Part shown: positions 25,656 to 33,573 of the stretch, one piece after another | Position numbering within the stretch: position 1 is the stretch's first letter | How the letters are laid out: each line of letters begins with the position of its first letter | IMG/VR virus record: IMGVR_UViG_3300037042_007115 | Direction: 5' to 3' (one strand) | Length of the DNA: 36,976 nt | Origin: a virus | Taxonomy: Duplodnaviria > Heunggongvirae > Uroviricota > Caudoviricetes | Translations under genes and position numbers: made by a program | The notes under the pieces: model-generated | What the model saw: only the letters and a program-made list of their open reading frames with translations | Told to the model about the DNA's origin: nothing | Databases searched by the model: none

Positions 25656-25804
25656 GAGTCCCTCTCCAATCCCTTCTCCAACTTATCTGCTTTATCGAGT
25701 CTCTCCGGAGTTGGATGATTCCTTAGCCACTGAATATGTGCGTACTTACCATTATGGGCTGCTGCACGCTCGTTCAAAAAATCCCCAACTTCAGTGCTGT
25801 TCAT
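25652..25804 (-). CDS. 50-aa protein MNSTEVGDFL... (not in ORF track)
   Basis: ATGA overlaps at both ends. Confidence 0.6.
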   Translation of the reverse strand: MNSTEVGDFLNERAAAHNGKYAHIQWLRNHPTPERLDKADKLEKGLERDS

Positions 25805-25998
25805 GGACACACCTGGAGGTCTTCGATGTCATTCATGGCTTCATCAAACTCGCAGGTTAAATTGGAGAGGTGTTCTATTGAGTCATCGCTATCTAAACAG
25901 GCTCGAACCTCTGCATATACATTAAGATAAGTACTCTTAAGGTTGTTTAGGCGGCTTATCCAAGCTTCTTTCTTCTTTGCAGTGATTCTTGGGCTCAT
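25801..25998 (-). CDS. Small coiled-coil protein
   Basis: ATGA overlaps at both ends. Confidence 0.6.
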   Translation of the reverse strand: MSPRITAKKKEAWISRLNNLKSTYLNVYAEVRACLDSDDSIEHLSNLTCEFDEAMNDIEDLQVCP

Positions 25999-26189
25999 AC
26001 CATATCACCTACTGTCGGCTCCCGGTATGTAGCATGTAAATATACCGGAGTTCCGCAAAAATTACAAGTAGCTAAGTACCAATCTGGTCCGATATCTGGC
26101 ATCTCCAGAATATAGGTAAGAAAACCTTCATTACAGTAATCGCAAGTGGGGTTTGTCCTAATACCCGGATTTTTAGTTTCTTTAATCAT
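25995..26189 (-). CDS. Zinc-ribbon protein
   Basis: CDYC...CNFCG. Confidence 0.6.
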   Translation of the reverse strand: MIKETKNPGIRTNPTCDYCNEGFLTYILEMPDIGPDWYLATCNFCGTPVYLHATYREPTVGDMV

Positions 26190-26192
26190 ACT

Positions 26193-26567
26193 TTACTCCA
26201 AGTTCATGGATTCAGCATCTGGATCGTAGGTTGCTCTACTAATAGTAGCTAAACCTAACCGACGATTTTGAGTCCGTAGGGTTGCACGGATAACATCGAA
26301 GAGTTGTGATTCCGCCGGATTATTAAGAAGTAGTACCTCGCGTAAAGCCACTACTGTCCCATCCTGATTAACAATGGTGGCAATGTTTATATCTGGAGTG
26401 ATATAAAAGGTACCAAGAAGTCTTCCGCATCGATTGAAGTGGGCCTCAACAGCTTCTATCAATTCTGCATCTTCCTCACACTGTTCAAAAACACCGGTAA
26501 AGATATCTACCAGAGGATAAACATCTCCACTTTCTTCAATTACTACGGTATAGGTAAGTGATTCCAT
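26193..26567 (-). CDS. Acidic hypothetical protein
   Basis: Operon-packed. Confidence 0.6.
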   Translation of the reverse strand: MESLTYTVVIEESGDVYPLVDIFTGVFEQCEEDAELIEAVEAHFNRCGRLLGTFYITPDINIATIVNQDGTVVALREVLLLNNPAESQLFDVIRATLRTQNRRLGLATISRATYDPDAESMNLE

Positions 26568-26571
26568 ATAA

Positions 26572-26904
26572 TTAATCTTTGGGCAGTTCTGGATTAAAAT
26601 CCTTTCTAAGCGCCGCTACATCAGTACAGAGTTTCTTAAACTCGGGGTTAGCATTTAGATTCTGGTGTGAGGTGATCCTATTCCAGACATCGTATCTTTC
26701 TGCAATGAAGCCAAGAAAAGTACAAAGCAAAAAAACCGACCCAGCAACAATAGGGATAATCCATAGTGGGATATAGATCCCTTTCACCGTAATCATTGTC
26801 ACTATAGACATTCCGAAGTTAATTAGTCCGATGAAAACACTTAAGAATCCGAAGCCCCAGATGAACCAGATGTATAAAGGGATAACTCTATCTACTAAAG
26901 TCAC
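26572..26904 (-). CDS. Two-TM membrane protein
   Basis: Two hydrophobic helices plus charged tail. Confidence 0.65.
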   Translation of the reverse strand: MTLVDRVIPLYIWFIWGFGFLSVFIGLINFGMSIVTMITVKGIYIPLWIIPIVAGSVFLLCTFLGFIAERYDVWNRITSHQNLNANPEFKKLCTDVAALRKDFNPELPKD

Positions 26905-27083
26905 TTACAACTGCCTCCAAAACAAAGGCGGGACAGATCTGCATGTAATGCCATATCAGGATAAGCTATGTATAACTTTATGGCTAGCAAAACAAGAAGA
27001 AACATAGTAGTAAAGACGATTGCTGCAGAAAGTGGATTAAAGAATACCCACTCTCTAAAAGTCCTAGATGGAAGAAGGGTCAT
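26901..27083 (-). CDS. Single-TM membrane protein
   Basis: Hydrophobic helix; ATGA overlaps. Confidence 0.6.
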   Translation of the reverse strand: MTLLPSRTFREWVFFNPLSAAIVFTTMFLLVLLAIKLYIAYPDMALHADLSRLCFGGSCK

Positions 27084-27289
27084 ACTAAAGCAACCCCGAT
27101 AAAAACACCCAGGGTCATAGAAAGAATGAAGATACCTAGAAAGAGAAGCTTAGGGAAGACAATTACCGTCCCCCACATTTCCTGGTGTATAGAACCGATT
27201 ATACATCCAGCACCAAAAAGAATCCCGAAAAGCGGGAGCAAATTAACTAGTGCTGAGAAAATAAGAATATCAAGAGTCTCAAGAGTCAT
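27080..27289 (-). CDS. Two-TM membrane protein
   Basis: Almost entirely hydrophobic; GAGGT SD. Confidence 0.6.
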   Translation of the reverse strand: MTLETLDILIFSALVNLLPLFGILFGAGCIIGSIHQEMWGTVIVFPKLLFLGIFILSMTLGVFIGVALV

Positions 27290-27416
27290 TTTTTACCTCA
27301 GAATTATCTCCCTCAAAATGAAACCCTTTCTCCTTCATCTGCTTGATGTATTCCTCTTTTGTAAGGATTGTACCATCTAGAACAAAACAATCAAAATCAA
27401 GAGGCATAAAAGTCAT
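27279..27416 (-). CDS. 45-aa protein MTFMPLDFDC... (not in ORF track)
   Basis: ATGA overlap; fills gap. Confidence 0.5.
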   Translation of the reverse strand: MTFMPLDFDCFVLDGTILTKEEYIKQMKEKGFHFEGDNSEVKNDS

Positions 27417-27571
27417 TTCCGGCTCACCGCCCTCCTTTGGAACCTATCACAGCCGCCAAGCCAAACAAATAACCGCCCCCACCAACCGGTTGTACTTACT
27501 TCAGCAAAACACCCCTCAGGGTCTAAAATTTCTTGCCTATGATTACAAACATTGCAGGGGAACTCAATCAT
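27413..27571 (-). CDS. 52-aa zinc-ribbon-like protein (start re-assigned to MIEFPC)
   Basis: GGTGA SD before ATG 27571; CNVC...C; the longer track ORF would overlap the tRNAs. Confidence 0.55.
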   Translation of the reverse strand: MIEFPCNVCNHRQEILDPEGCFAEVSTTGWWGRLFVWLGGCDRFQRRAVSRK

Positions 27572-27634
27572 CCAATCACCAGAACTATATTTAAATATAA
27601 TTAGGGCATCTGGGAATTTAAAGTTAACTAAAAG

Positions 27635-27697
27635 TGGGCACAATCGGGCTTGAACCGATGCGCTCCCGGATGCTCTACCAATCTGAGCTATGCGCCC
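27635..27697 (-). ncRNA. 63-nt tRNA-like RNA lacking the anticodon arm
   Basis: GGGCGCA TA GCTC AGATTGGTA GAGC A TCCGGGAGCGC ATCGG TTCAAGC CCGAT TGTGCCC A: 7-bp acceptor, 4-bp D stem, 5-bp T stem, but only 11 nt between position 26 and the T stem. Confidence 0.8.
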
Positions 27698-27702
27698 ATA
27701 AA

Positions 27703-27776
27703 TGTCACGAGAAAGATTTGAACTCTCGTCTGAGCCTTCCAAAAGCCCAAGGATAACCGAACTACCCTATCGCAAC
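27703..27776 (-). tRNA. tRNA-Pro (anticodon UGG)
   Basis: GTTGCGA TA GGGTAGTTCGGTTATCCT T GGGCT TTTGGAA GGCTC AGAC GAGAG TTCAAAT CTTTC TCGTGAC A; full cloverleaf; CCA not encoded. Confidence 0.82.
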
Positions 27777-27780
27777 TCTA

Positions 27781-28060
27781 TTCTAGCTGGGTCGGAAGAT
27801 GGGATTACATTTGGTTCCCATTTACCCAGCTTTGTGTTATGTGTCCGTGTGGAACAGGTAGGGTGAACAAGCCCATGTATACAAACCTTTGTACGGATAT
27901 GGCCTGCAGTGACTCTATGTTGAGCTGGGTTTCGCATAGATAGCCTTGCCCCGCTCCTCACCTATATTCCACATTCCGGAAAATGCCCCGTGAATCGTGA
28001 CCACCTCAGCAGCGTCCTGTATATTGCACGATTTTGATTTGACAACGAAGGGACATATGT
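27781..28060 (-). ncRNA. Candidate structured noncoding RNA leading the tRNA operon
   Basis: Long interrupted helix (27980-27943 with 27873-27844), internal hairpins, 3' hairpin 27785-27831; TATA-like ATAAATAC at 28083-28076; no SD-supported ORF. Confidence 0.55.
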
Positions 28061-28094
28061 AAATGGTATTCAAAAGTATTTATGGGTTACCCAG

Positions 28095-28322
28095 CTAAAT
28101 TAACCCAAGAATCTCCTCACTATCAATGAAGTCATCGCAGAATAACCGATACATCATCTTGGGCTCAGAATCTAACTGCACTGAAATAATAGTAGGCCTA
28201 TTCCGGCCCTCATTCCCGGGCTTTAACTTAAAGACAATCCTACCGTCTTTCTCTTCTCGGATGTACTTAGTCTCCTCAAAGACATATGAAGAAACTTTAT
28301 CGGTACTTAAAACTTGCAGCAT
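28095..28322 (-). CDS. Hypothetical protein
   Basis: GAGGT SD. Confidence 0.6.
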   Translation of the reverse strand: MLQVLSTDKVSSYVFEETKYIREEKDGRIVFKLKPGNEGRNRPTIISVQLDSEPKMMYRLFCDDFIDSEEILGLI

Positions 28323-28330
28323 AATGTACC

Positions 28331-28510
28331 TCAGAAAAACTTAGTCTTAGCTTTTAACTGAGGAAAGTCAGGCTTATACTCTTGGCAAGCACTACACTCC
28401 TCAGTTGAAAGACCCTTATATTCTTCTCCCGATACCGCTGCATTGTTTCTACCTGTTGCAACGCACTCAAAGCGCTTTGAACACGGTTTTCTACCTTGCC
28501 AATCAACCAT
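28331..28510 (-). CDS. 59-aa Cys4 protein MVDWQGRKPCSKRFEC...CSAC (not in ORF track)
   Basis: GGAG SD; BRE/TATA GGAAACC-TTTAAAA at 28564-28551. Confidence 0.65.
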   Translation of the reverse strand: MVDWQGRKPCSKRFECVATGRNNAAVSGEEYKGLSTEECSACQEYKPDFPQLKAKTKFF

Positions 28511-28564
28511 TTTACTTCTCCTTTGTATAATTACTTAGGGTATTACAAGGTTTTAAAGGTTTCC

Positions 28565-28951
28565 CTAAAGAATACCCCAAAATTTTTCTGCTTTTTCTTC
28601 AGAGTTTAAAGTAAGAGTTACAGGTGCATAGACACATGCTCCACCAAGACCAACAACATTACCACTTGCAGGTGACCTCGCTGGCTTCTCTTGTGTCTGT
28701 GGACTTAGAATAACTGTACAGGTGGCACCAACTTTCAGGAATTGATTAACCTGAGGATCACTAGAGAAGAAAATCTCCTGGTTTTGAGTCATAATGAAAA
28801 CCCCTGAGTCTTTGCCCAATTCCCAAACACTTGGCTTAAGTTCTATGATAGTTATTAGCCGTACAGTAGGCTTTGGTACTTCCGGTGTACTACTACACCC
28901 TGCGGTGCAGAGAAGTAAACCCAAAATTATAAGAATATACAGTGCTTTCAT
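28565..28951 (-). CDS. Putative lipoprotein / secreted protein
   Basis: MKALYILIILGLLLCTAGC lipobox-type signal peptide. Confidence 0.7.
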   Translation of the reverse strand: MKALYILIILGLLLCTAGCSSTPEVPKPTVRLITIIELKPSVWELGKDSGVFIMTQNQEIFFSSDPQVNQFLKVGATCTVILSPQTQEKPARSPASGNVVGLGGACVYAPVTLTLNSEEKAEKFWGIL

Positions 28952-28958
28952 ATTTCTC

Positions 28959-29282
28959 CTATAGCGGGGATCCGCAATTATTAGTTAGCTTTCCTTTAAC
29001 AGCAATTCTATGCACTTTGTAGATTGCATAATACGCATGAGTATTGGGATCTAACTCACTAGAACAATTAAATGCCCAGGCAAAATTGTTAGGATGAACA
29101 AAGAGTGGCTTAAACCTCTTCTCATTGGTTTTATCCAGGTGGTCTTCATCACATACCTCTGTTGGGTTTTTTATCCACCGGTTGATCCAGTATAATGCAA
29201 GGAGCCCATCATCGTCTCCCTTAGCAATAAGCTCCTCAGCACACTTTTTCATCTTAAATATGTTAGGGTCTAGTTCCGGCAT
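28959..29282 (-). CDS. Hypothetical protein
   Basis: Operon-packed. Confidence 0.6.
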   Translation of the reverse strand: MPELDPNIFKMKKCAEELIAKGDDDGLLALYWINRWIKNPTEVCDEDHLDKTNEKRFKPLFVHPNNFAWAFNCSSELDPNTHAYYAIYKVHRIAVKGKLTNNCGSPL

Positions 29283-29529
29283 CTAGCCCCCCCTCATCTG
29301 TACTTACCGTATAGCTGCCGGGATACCATCCCCGCTCAACTGTTCGATAGAATTTTAGTTTATCAACATCACTAAGCTTCCCTAATGAAATTCTAAGTCC
29401 GATGAATGGGACCATGATATAGAGGTGCCTATGTTTAGAATCATAGTAGCCCCCCACCCACCAGTCATATGTGGCCACTAGGACACGTATGCGGGAAGTA
29501 ATAGAGTGTTCCCAGCTACGCCATATCAT
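29263..29529 (-). CDS. Hypothetical protein
   Basis: ATGA overlap. Confidence 0.6.
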   Translation of the reverse strand: MIWRSWEHSITSRIRVLVATYDWWVGGYYDSKHRHLYIMVPFIGLRISLGKLSDVDKLKFYRTVERGWYPGSYTVSTDEGGLDAGTRP

Positions 29530-29801
29530 TTTGTTCTCCTGTAGCCTGCATGTATAAAATCACTAGCAACTGTATCTAGTGTCTCATCCTTAGGTGTCAG
29601 GTACACAGGCTCTGCATAAGCTACATAACTCTGTGAAGAAATAATATATTGCACTGCTCCAATTATAATACTAAAAGTATTAGGTGAAACTCTAATGCCC
29701 AAATTAGGAACAGGCGGAAAAACAGGTTCATATTCAAGCTCAAAGAATGCTGCTTCCTTATCTACTCCAATAACTTGTTGTTTTAATAGAACATTTACCA
29801 T
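29526..29801 (-). CDS. Hypothetical protein
   Basis: TAATG coupling; GGAGG SD. Confidence 0.6.
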   Translation of the reverse strand: MVNVLLKQQVIGVDKEAAFFELEYEPVFPPVPNLGIRVSPNTFSIIIGAVQYIISSQSYVAYAEPVYLTPKDETLDTVASDFIHAGYRRTK

Positions 29802-30295
29802 TATTCCCTCCTAGCTAGAAGCTCAGTCAGTTCTACCGGACGGTAGTCAACTACCTCAACACTAACATTAATAGTCTTATTCGCCTTATTCATGTGTGGA
29901 AACTCCTTTAAATTATTATTATGATGATGGCCATGGATTACCCACCCAGAAAATGGACCCCTTAGATATTCTACAGCATGAACCAGCATAATATTTTCTA
30001 ACCCAACTTGAAGTACAATGCTTTCTCTGGTATTACGCATCTTGCGCAATTCAGCATCATGGTTACCCCGGATGAAACGAATCTCACCATTCAATTGATC
30101 GAGCCAAATACGGGGGTCACCAAAGGCTAAATCGCCCAAGAAATAGACTGTATCATCTGGATGGATAGTTTCATTCCACCGAGTGAGCATTACTTGGTTC
30201 ATTTGACCGACTGAGGAAAAAGGCCTATGGCAATATTTGATAATATTGGCGTGGTTAAAGTGGGTATCAGCAATCAGAAAGATTTTCCCAGTCAT
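29801..30295 (-). CDS. Calcineurin-like metallophosphoesterase (start re-assigned to MTGKIF)
   Basis: IADTHFNH (DxH), LGD, IRGNHD (GNHD), HGHHH. Confidence 0.9.
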   Translation of the reverse strand: MTGKIFLIADTHFNHANIIKYCHRPFSSVGQMNQVMLTRWNETIHPDDTVYFLGDLAFGDPRIWLDQLNGEIRFIRGNHDAELRKMRNTRESIVLQVGLENIMLVHAVEYLRGPFSGWVIHGHHHNNNLKEFPHMNKANKTINVSVEVVDYRPVELTELLARRE

Positions 30296-30296
30296 A

Positions 30297-31199
30297 TTAT
30301 CCTCTGGCCATGTCTTCAAGTTTCTGTTTATAGAATATCATGGGCTTTCGGGTCATTTTACAATTGTGCTTCTCACATTCGATGTTAATAAGTTGGGCAA
30401 TTAATGGCATCGCAAACCTAGCTTCCATAAATTGCTCCATACCAAGCTCAAGATAAGCTTTATTTACCGCACCGTAGATCTCAGAGTCAGGTAGTTCATC
30501 CCGGTCATCTATTATGGTAGACTTCGCTGCTTTTACTTTGGGCTTATCTTCATTCTTCTCTTTGAAGAAATTAATATGACCATCAGGGAGATAGACCTTC
30601 CCAACGGTACCCTCCTTCCCGAGGCATTTCTCTTCCAGAATCTGCCGCTTGTATTCAAGAATATCCTCTACAGATTGGTGAGTAGACACACTGAACAAGG
30701 CGACTTGCGGGATGCCGTACTTCTTGAAGAAATCATACTTGGCTTCAAATGAAAACCATCTCTTCGTAGAGTCATTCCAAATATCAAATGCCTGAAAATC
30801 GTCTGTCTCATGCTGCTCGTATCTGGCAGGGGATGTACCCTTCTCTAAGTATTCGCCAAAAATGACAAAATCAACATTTAAAGCTTTTGCATCGGATAGT
30901 GCCTGCTCGATATTCTTGGCGAATGGCAAGGCCATAAAACGCTTCTTCATCGAGCTCTGTGCATATTCAGCATTACGAGTCCGACACTGAAGATTTCCTC
31001 CAGCATCTAAGTAGAGACCAAAGTTTGAGCCATCCCGTTTCTCCTCCCAGTAGATGGTTTTATTTACAAGTCTGTCATTAAGTGTAGCCCAGCCCAGCCA
31101 TCTCCAGAGAGGAACCTCTGGGGGCCGTTCTATGGGATATTGCTGTAGGAGGTAGACCACCGATTTAAGATCCGGATAAGTAATCTCTGAAATTTCCAT
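30297..31199 (-). CDS. RNA ligase, Rnl2-type
   Basis: Motif I EEKRDGSN (KxDGxN typical of RNA ligases), III IFGEY, IIIa FQAFDI, IV KEGTVGK, V FFKEK; no OB domain. Confidence 0.85.
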   Translation of the reverse strand: MEISEITYPDLKSVVYLLQQYPIERPPEVPLWRWLGWATLNDRLVNKTIYWEEKRDGSNFGLYLDAGGNLQCRTRNAEYAQSSMKKRFMALPFAKNIEQALSDAKALNVDFVIFGEYLEKGTSPARYEQHETDDFQAFDIWNDSTKRWFSFEAKYDFFKKYGIPQVALFSVSTHQSVEDILEYKRQILEEKCLGKEGTVGKVYLPDGHINFFKEKNEDKPKVKAAKSTIIDDRDELPDSEIYGAVNKAYLELGMEQFMEARFAMPLIAQLINIECEKHNCKMTRKPMIFYKQKLEDMARG

Positions 31200-31250
31200 T
31201 ATCGTCCTCTTGATATAGCAAAAATGGATCTCTAAACCTAAAAAGGGTTT

Positions 31251-31853
31251 CTATTCGATATACCGAACCAAGCATGAACCAGACTGCGGAGGCTCAATAA
31301 AGGTAAAAATTAACTTCCAGCCACGCTGCGTAATAAATTTAAATTTACCCATCTTGTAGTGCGTAATGAAATTCCTCACAAGTGAAATAGATTCTATATG
31401 AGTTTGATAGTCACCCTCAAGCTCATATTCTAACCACAAATTATTTAAAAGAATAAAGGTAAGTGAGGGCTCCTTCATGGGCCCCTCCTTAGTTACCTCT
31501 ACAGTCCCATGGAGAATAGTTTGAACATAACGTAGAAATTCTTGATGCTCATACTGACCAGACTCTGTTATTCCGAATAATTTTACCCAGATATGATGGA
31601 AAGGTTGGTAGAGGAAATATGGTATAGCAATTAAAGTGGGAAGATAGGCCAAAATAATAAGAGCACTTAAGCGTGTCCAGCGGGGCATAGTATTCCACTG
31701 GAGAACATTAATGGGCCTAGAGCTATTGCTATTGGTCCAGTCACTAGTATAGTTACGAGAATAGTCCATACGGACGTGTTTAGCAATAAAATCTACGGTG
31801 ATTTCTGCATCAAGGGATTTTACACCAGAATATCTTCCGATCATCGTCCGCAT
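31251..31853 (-). CDS. Hypothetical protein with one hydrophobic segment
   Basis: 200-aa ORF overlapping upstream stop. Confidence 0.65.
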   Translation of the reverse strand: MRTMIGRYSGVKSLDAEITVDFIAKHVRMDYSRNYTSDWTNSNSSRPINVLQWNTMPRWTRLSALIILAYLPTLIAIPYFLYQPFHHIWVKLFGITESGQYEHQEFLRYVQTILHGTVEVTKEGPMKEPSLTFILLNNLWLEYELEGDYQTHIESISLVRNFITHYKMGKFKFITQRGWKLIFTFIEPPQSGSCLVRYIE

Positions 31854-32041
31854 TCAAAGATAGGGTCACCACGAACCTTTCCGCCTTTCTTGGCTTCCTC
31901 AAGGTCTGGCTCAGAAATAGGCTTGACTTCAACTGCCTCTTTTATAGTACTTGAGAGCAGTGCCGCCTGCTTATTCTTAAACTCATCAGAATTTACCTTC
32001 TCGAGAATTTTCTCAACATCATTTTCTGCCATAAATATCAA
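31841..32041 (-). CDS. Small hypothetical protein (start may be MAEND, 32032)
   Basis: BRE/TATA GAAAAC-TTTAAAT upstream. Confidence 0.55.
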   Translation of the reverse strand: MIFMAENDVEKILEKVNSDEFKNKQAALLSSTIKEAVEVKPISEPDLEEAKKGGKVRGDPIFECGR

Positions 32042-32113
32042 ACAAATTGGGGAGATAGTACATTTAAAGTTTTCTAAAAAAGAGGGTGATAGGAGTATGT
32101 TGAAATGTAAACT

Positions 32114-32455
32114 TTAACCCAGCTGGCCTTTGCTATCTCTGAAATGGTTAACTGGGGCCCTTCCTGGAAGGTGGTAGAACTTCATTTTAGAGCCACCCCG
32201 CTCCTGGATAGTAATTTCCATAAGTTTTTTATCCACCAAGGCGTCGATAGTAGCTTGGCTAAGTACTTTCTTCTTATGAATAGTTTGTAATTCGGGAAAA
32301 CAACCATTATTAGCATAAGAACACAATACTTGGCCAGACATAAGATAATCAATAATCTCTTTCTGATGAGTAGAAGGTTTTTTACTCTTCCGATCTTTTT
32401 TCATCTTCTCTACACGAGGAATTTTACGAATTACTAGTTCAGACATTTTAATCAC
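32114..32455 (-). CDS. Basic hypothetical protein, possibly winged-helix-like
   Basis: ATGA overlap; SQATIDALVDKKLM...YHL. Confidence 0.6.
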   Translation of the reverse strand: MIKMSELVIRKIPRVEKMKKDRKSKKPSTHQKEIIDYLMSGQVLCSYANNGCFPELQTIHKKKVLSQATIDALVDKKLMEITIQERGGSKMKFYHLPGRAPVNHFRDSKGQLG

Positions 32456-32649
32456 CTGAATTTTTTGCTTTCACGAAATGATGTTCCACGATTCTTACCA
32501 ATGTAACCATCCGGGTTATTATCATAAACATGGTAGTGTCCCCGGGGATAGTCTTTCTGGGACCTAATCCAATTATTAGCCTCAGGCCTAGTCTTGAAGT
32601 AAACCTTCTTTCCATCTTTAAGTACTATCCAGTAGTCTGTAGCAGGCAT
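32452..32649 (-). CDS. Small basic hypothetical protein
   Basis: YFKTRPEANNW motif; operon-packed. Confidence 0.6.
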   Translation of the reverse strand: MPATDYWIVLKDGKKVYFKTRPEANNWIRSQKDYPRGHYHVYDNNPDGYIGKNRGTSFRESKKFR

Positions 32650-32652
32650 AAT

Positions 32653-32910
32653 TTACTCGGGCAATTTAAAGATTACCTGGAAATATGAGTCCCTTGGCCA
32701 TGGATTCCATACATCATGAGTCTCTTCGATGATAGCCCTTGGAAAGATCAACTTGATCTTATCGGCATATCTATCAGCAGAGTTTCCATGTGTATAGAAA
32801 AACCCACGCCTAAATTCAAAAGTACCGTTCTTCTTCTGAATAAACCTATCAGGAATCATACCATTCTTCTGAAGAATATTCAGTATCTCAGCTTTTTTAA
32901 GTTTTACCAT
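32653..32910 (-). CDS. Hypothetical protein
   Basis: Operon-packed. Confidence 0.6.
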   Translation of the reverse strand: MVKLKKAEILNILQKNGMIPDRFIQKKNGTFEFRRGFFYTHGNSADRYADKIKLIFPRAIIEETHDVWNPWPRDSYFQVIFKLPE

Positions 32911-32916
32911 GACTAA

Positions 32917-33291
32917 TCACTTCATTACAATAAATACTGCTTTTGGGTGTTGTTTTGCCCAGGCATAAATTTCACGAAGCATAAACCCCGCATTCCCTTT
33001 TGTTGGCTTCCACTGGTCTGGGTCAGGTTGTGCATCAAGTTGCTTAACTGCTACAGCTAGTCTCACTTGAGCCTCCTTACCAGTAAACCCATTAAGCCAC
33101 ATAATCCCAAATTTTGGATCAAGATGATCAATAAAAAACTCCCTTAAATTACTGGTAATGGTTAAACGAGCGAGCATTTTCTTACCGGTTGTATGGGTAG
33201 CCCCAAGATGGTGGTTATCTACCAACACTGGTTCTCCGTCATTACCTAAAAGCCAAACTTCGTAAGACATATTAGTTATCCTTATTTGCAT
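32917..33291 (-). CDS. Hypothetical protein resembling an uncharacterised phage family
   Basis: ITSNL...LNGFTGKEA...W-x-PT-x-GNAG...W-x3-HP (from recall). Confidence 0.6.
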   Translation of the reverse strand: MQIRITNMSYEVWLLGNDGEPVLVDNHHLGATHTTGKKMLARLTITSNLREFFIDHLDPKFGIMWLNGFTGKEAQVRLAVAVKQLDAQPDPDQWKPTKGNAGFMLREIYAWAKQHPKAVFIVMK

Positions 33292-33568
33292 CCCAGAGCA
33301 ATTTTGGTCCCCGAACTACTTTCCCAGTACTTATCAATCTAATACCCCGATGCCAATAATCGGATCGTTTCTTCTCTGCAAGAGCAGCAGTTTCGGCACC
33401 AATAACCACCGGCCGGCTTTCTATTCCATTCCAGTTATCATCGATATGAGTAGCCCACTTAATTGCCGCAGCTAAAGTCTTAAACTCTTTCTCACGCTCA
33501 TACCAACCGCCATCCTCATGATTAGATTTCCCAAATAATACAAGAAAAACTTTATTTTTAATTATCAT
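33272..33568 (-). CDS. Hypothetical protein
   Basis: EFKTLAAAIKW motif; operon-packed. Confidence 0.6.
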   Translation of the reverse strand: MIIKNKVFLVLFGKSNHEDGGWYEREKEFKTLAAAIKWATHIDDNWNGIESRPVVIGAETAALAEKKRSDYWHRGIRLISTGKVVRGPKLLWDANKDN

Positions 33569-33573
33569 AGATC

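Noticed and set aside
26572-27289. Holin/lysis cassette call for the three small TM proteins
   Set aside because: Only hydrophobicity supports it; no endolysin/pseudomurein endoisopeptidase nearby, and the inferred S-layer host would not need one.
27413-27961. Track ORFs 27413-27742 (full length) and 27767-27961 as proteins
   Set aside because: They overlap two tRNA-fold genes and a structured region and lack SDs; only the 3' part from ATG 27571 has an SD.
27781-28060. Assignment as RNase P RNA, SRP RNA, group I intron or hammerhead ribozyme
   Set aside because: No GAGGAAAGUCC/CR-V, no SRP helix-8 CCAGG-GNRA-AGCA, no P/Q/R/S elements; CUGAGGU does not match CUGANGA although GAAA is present.
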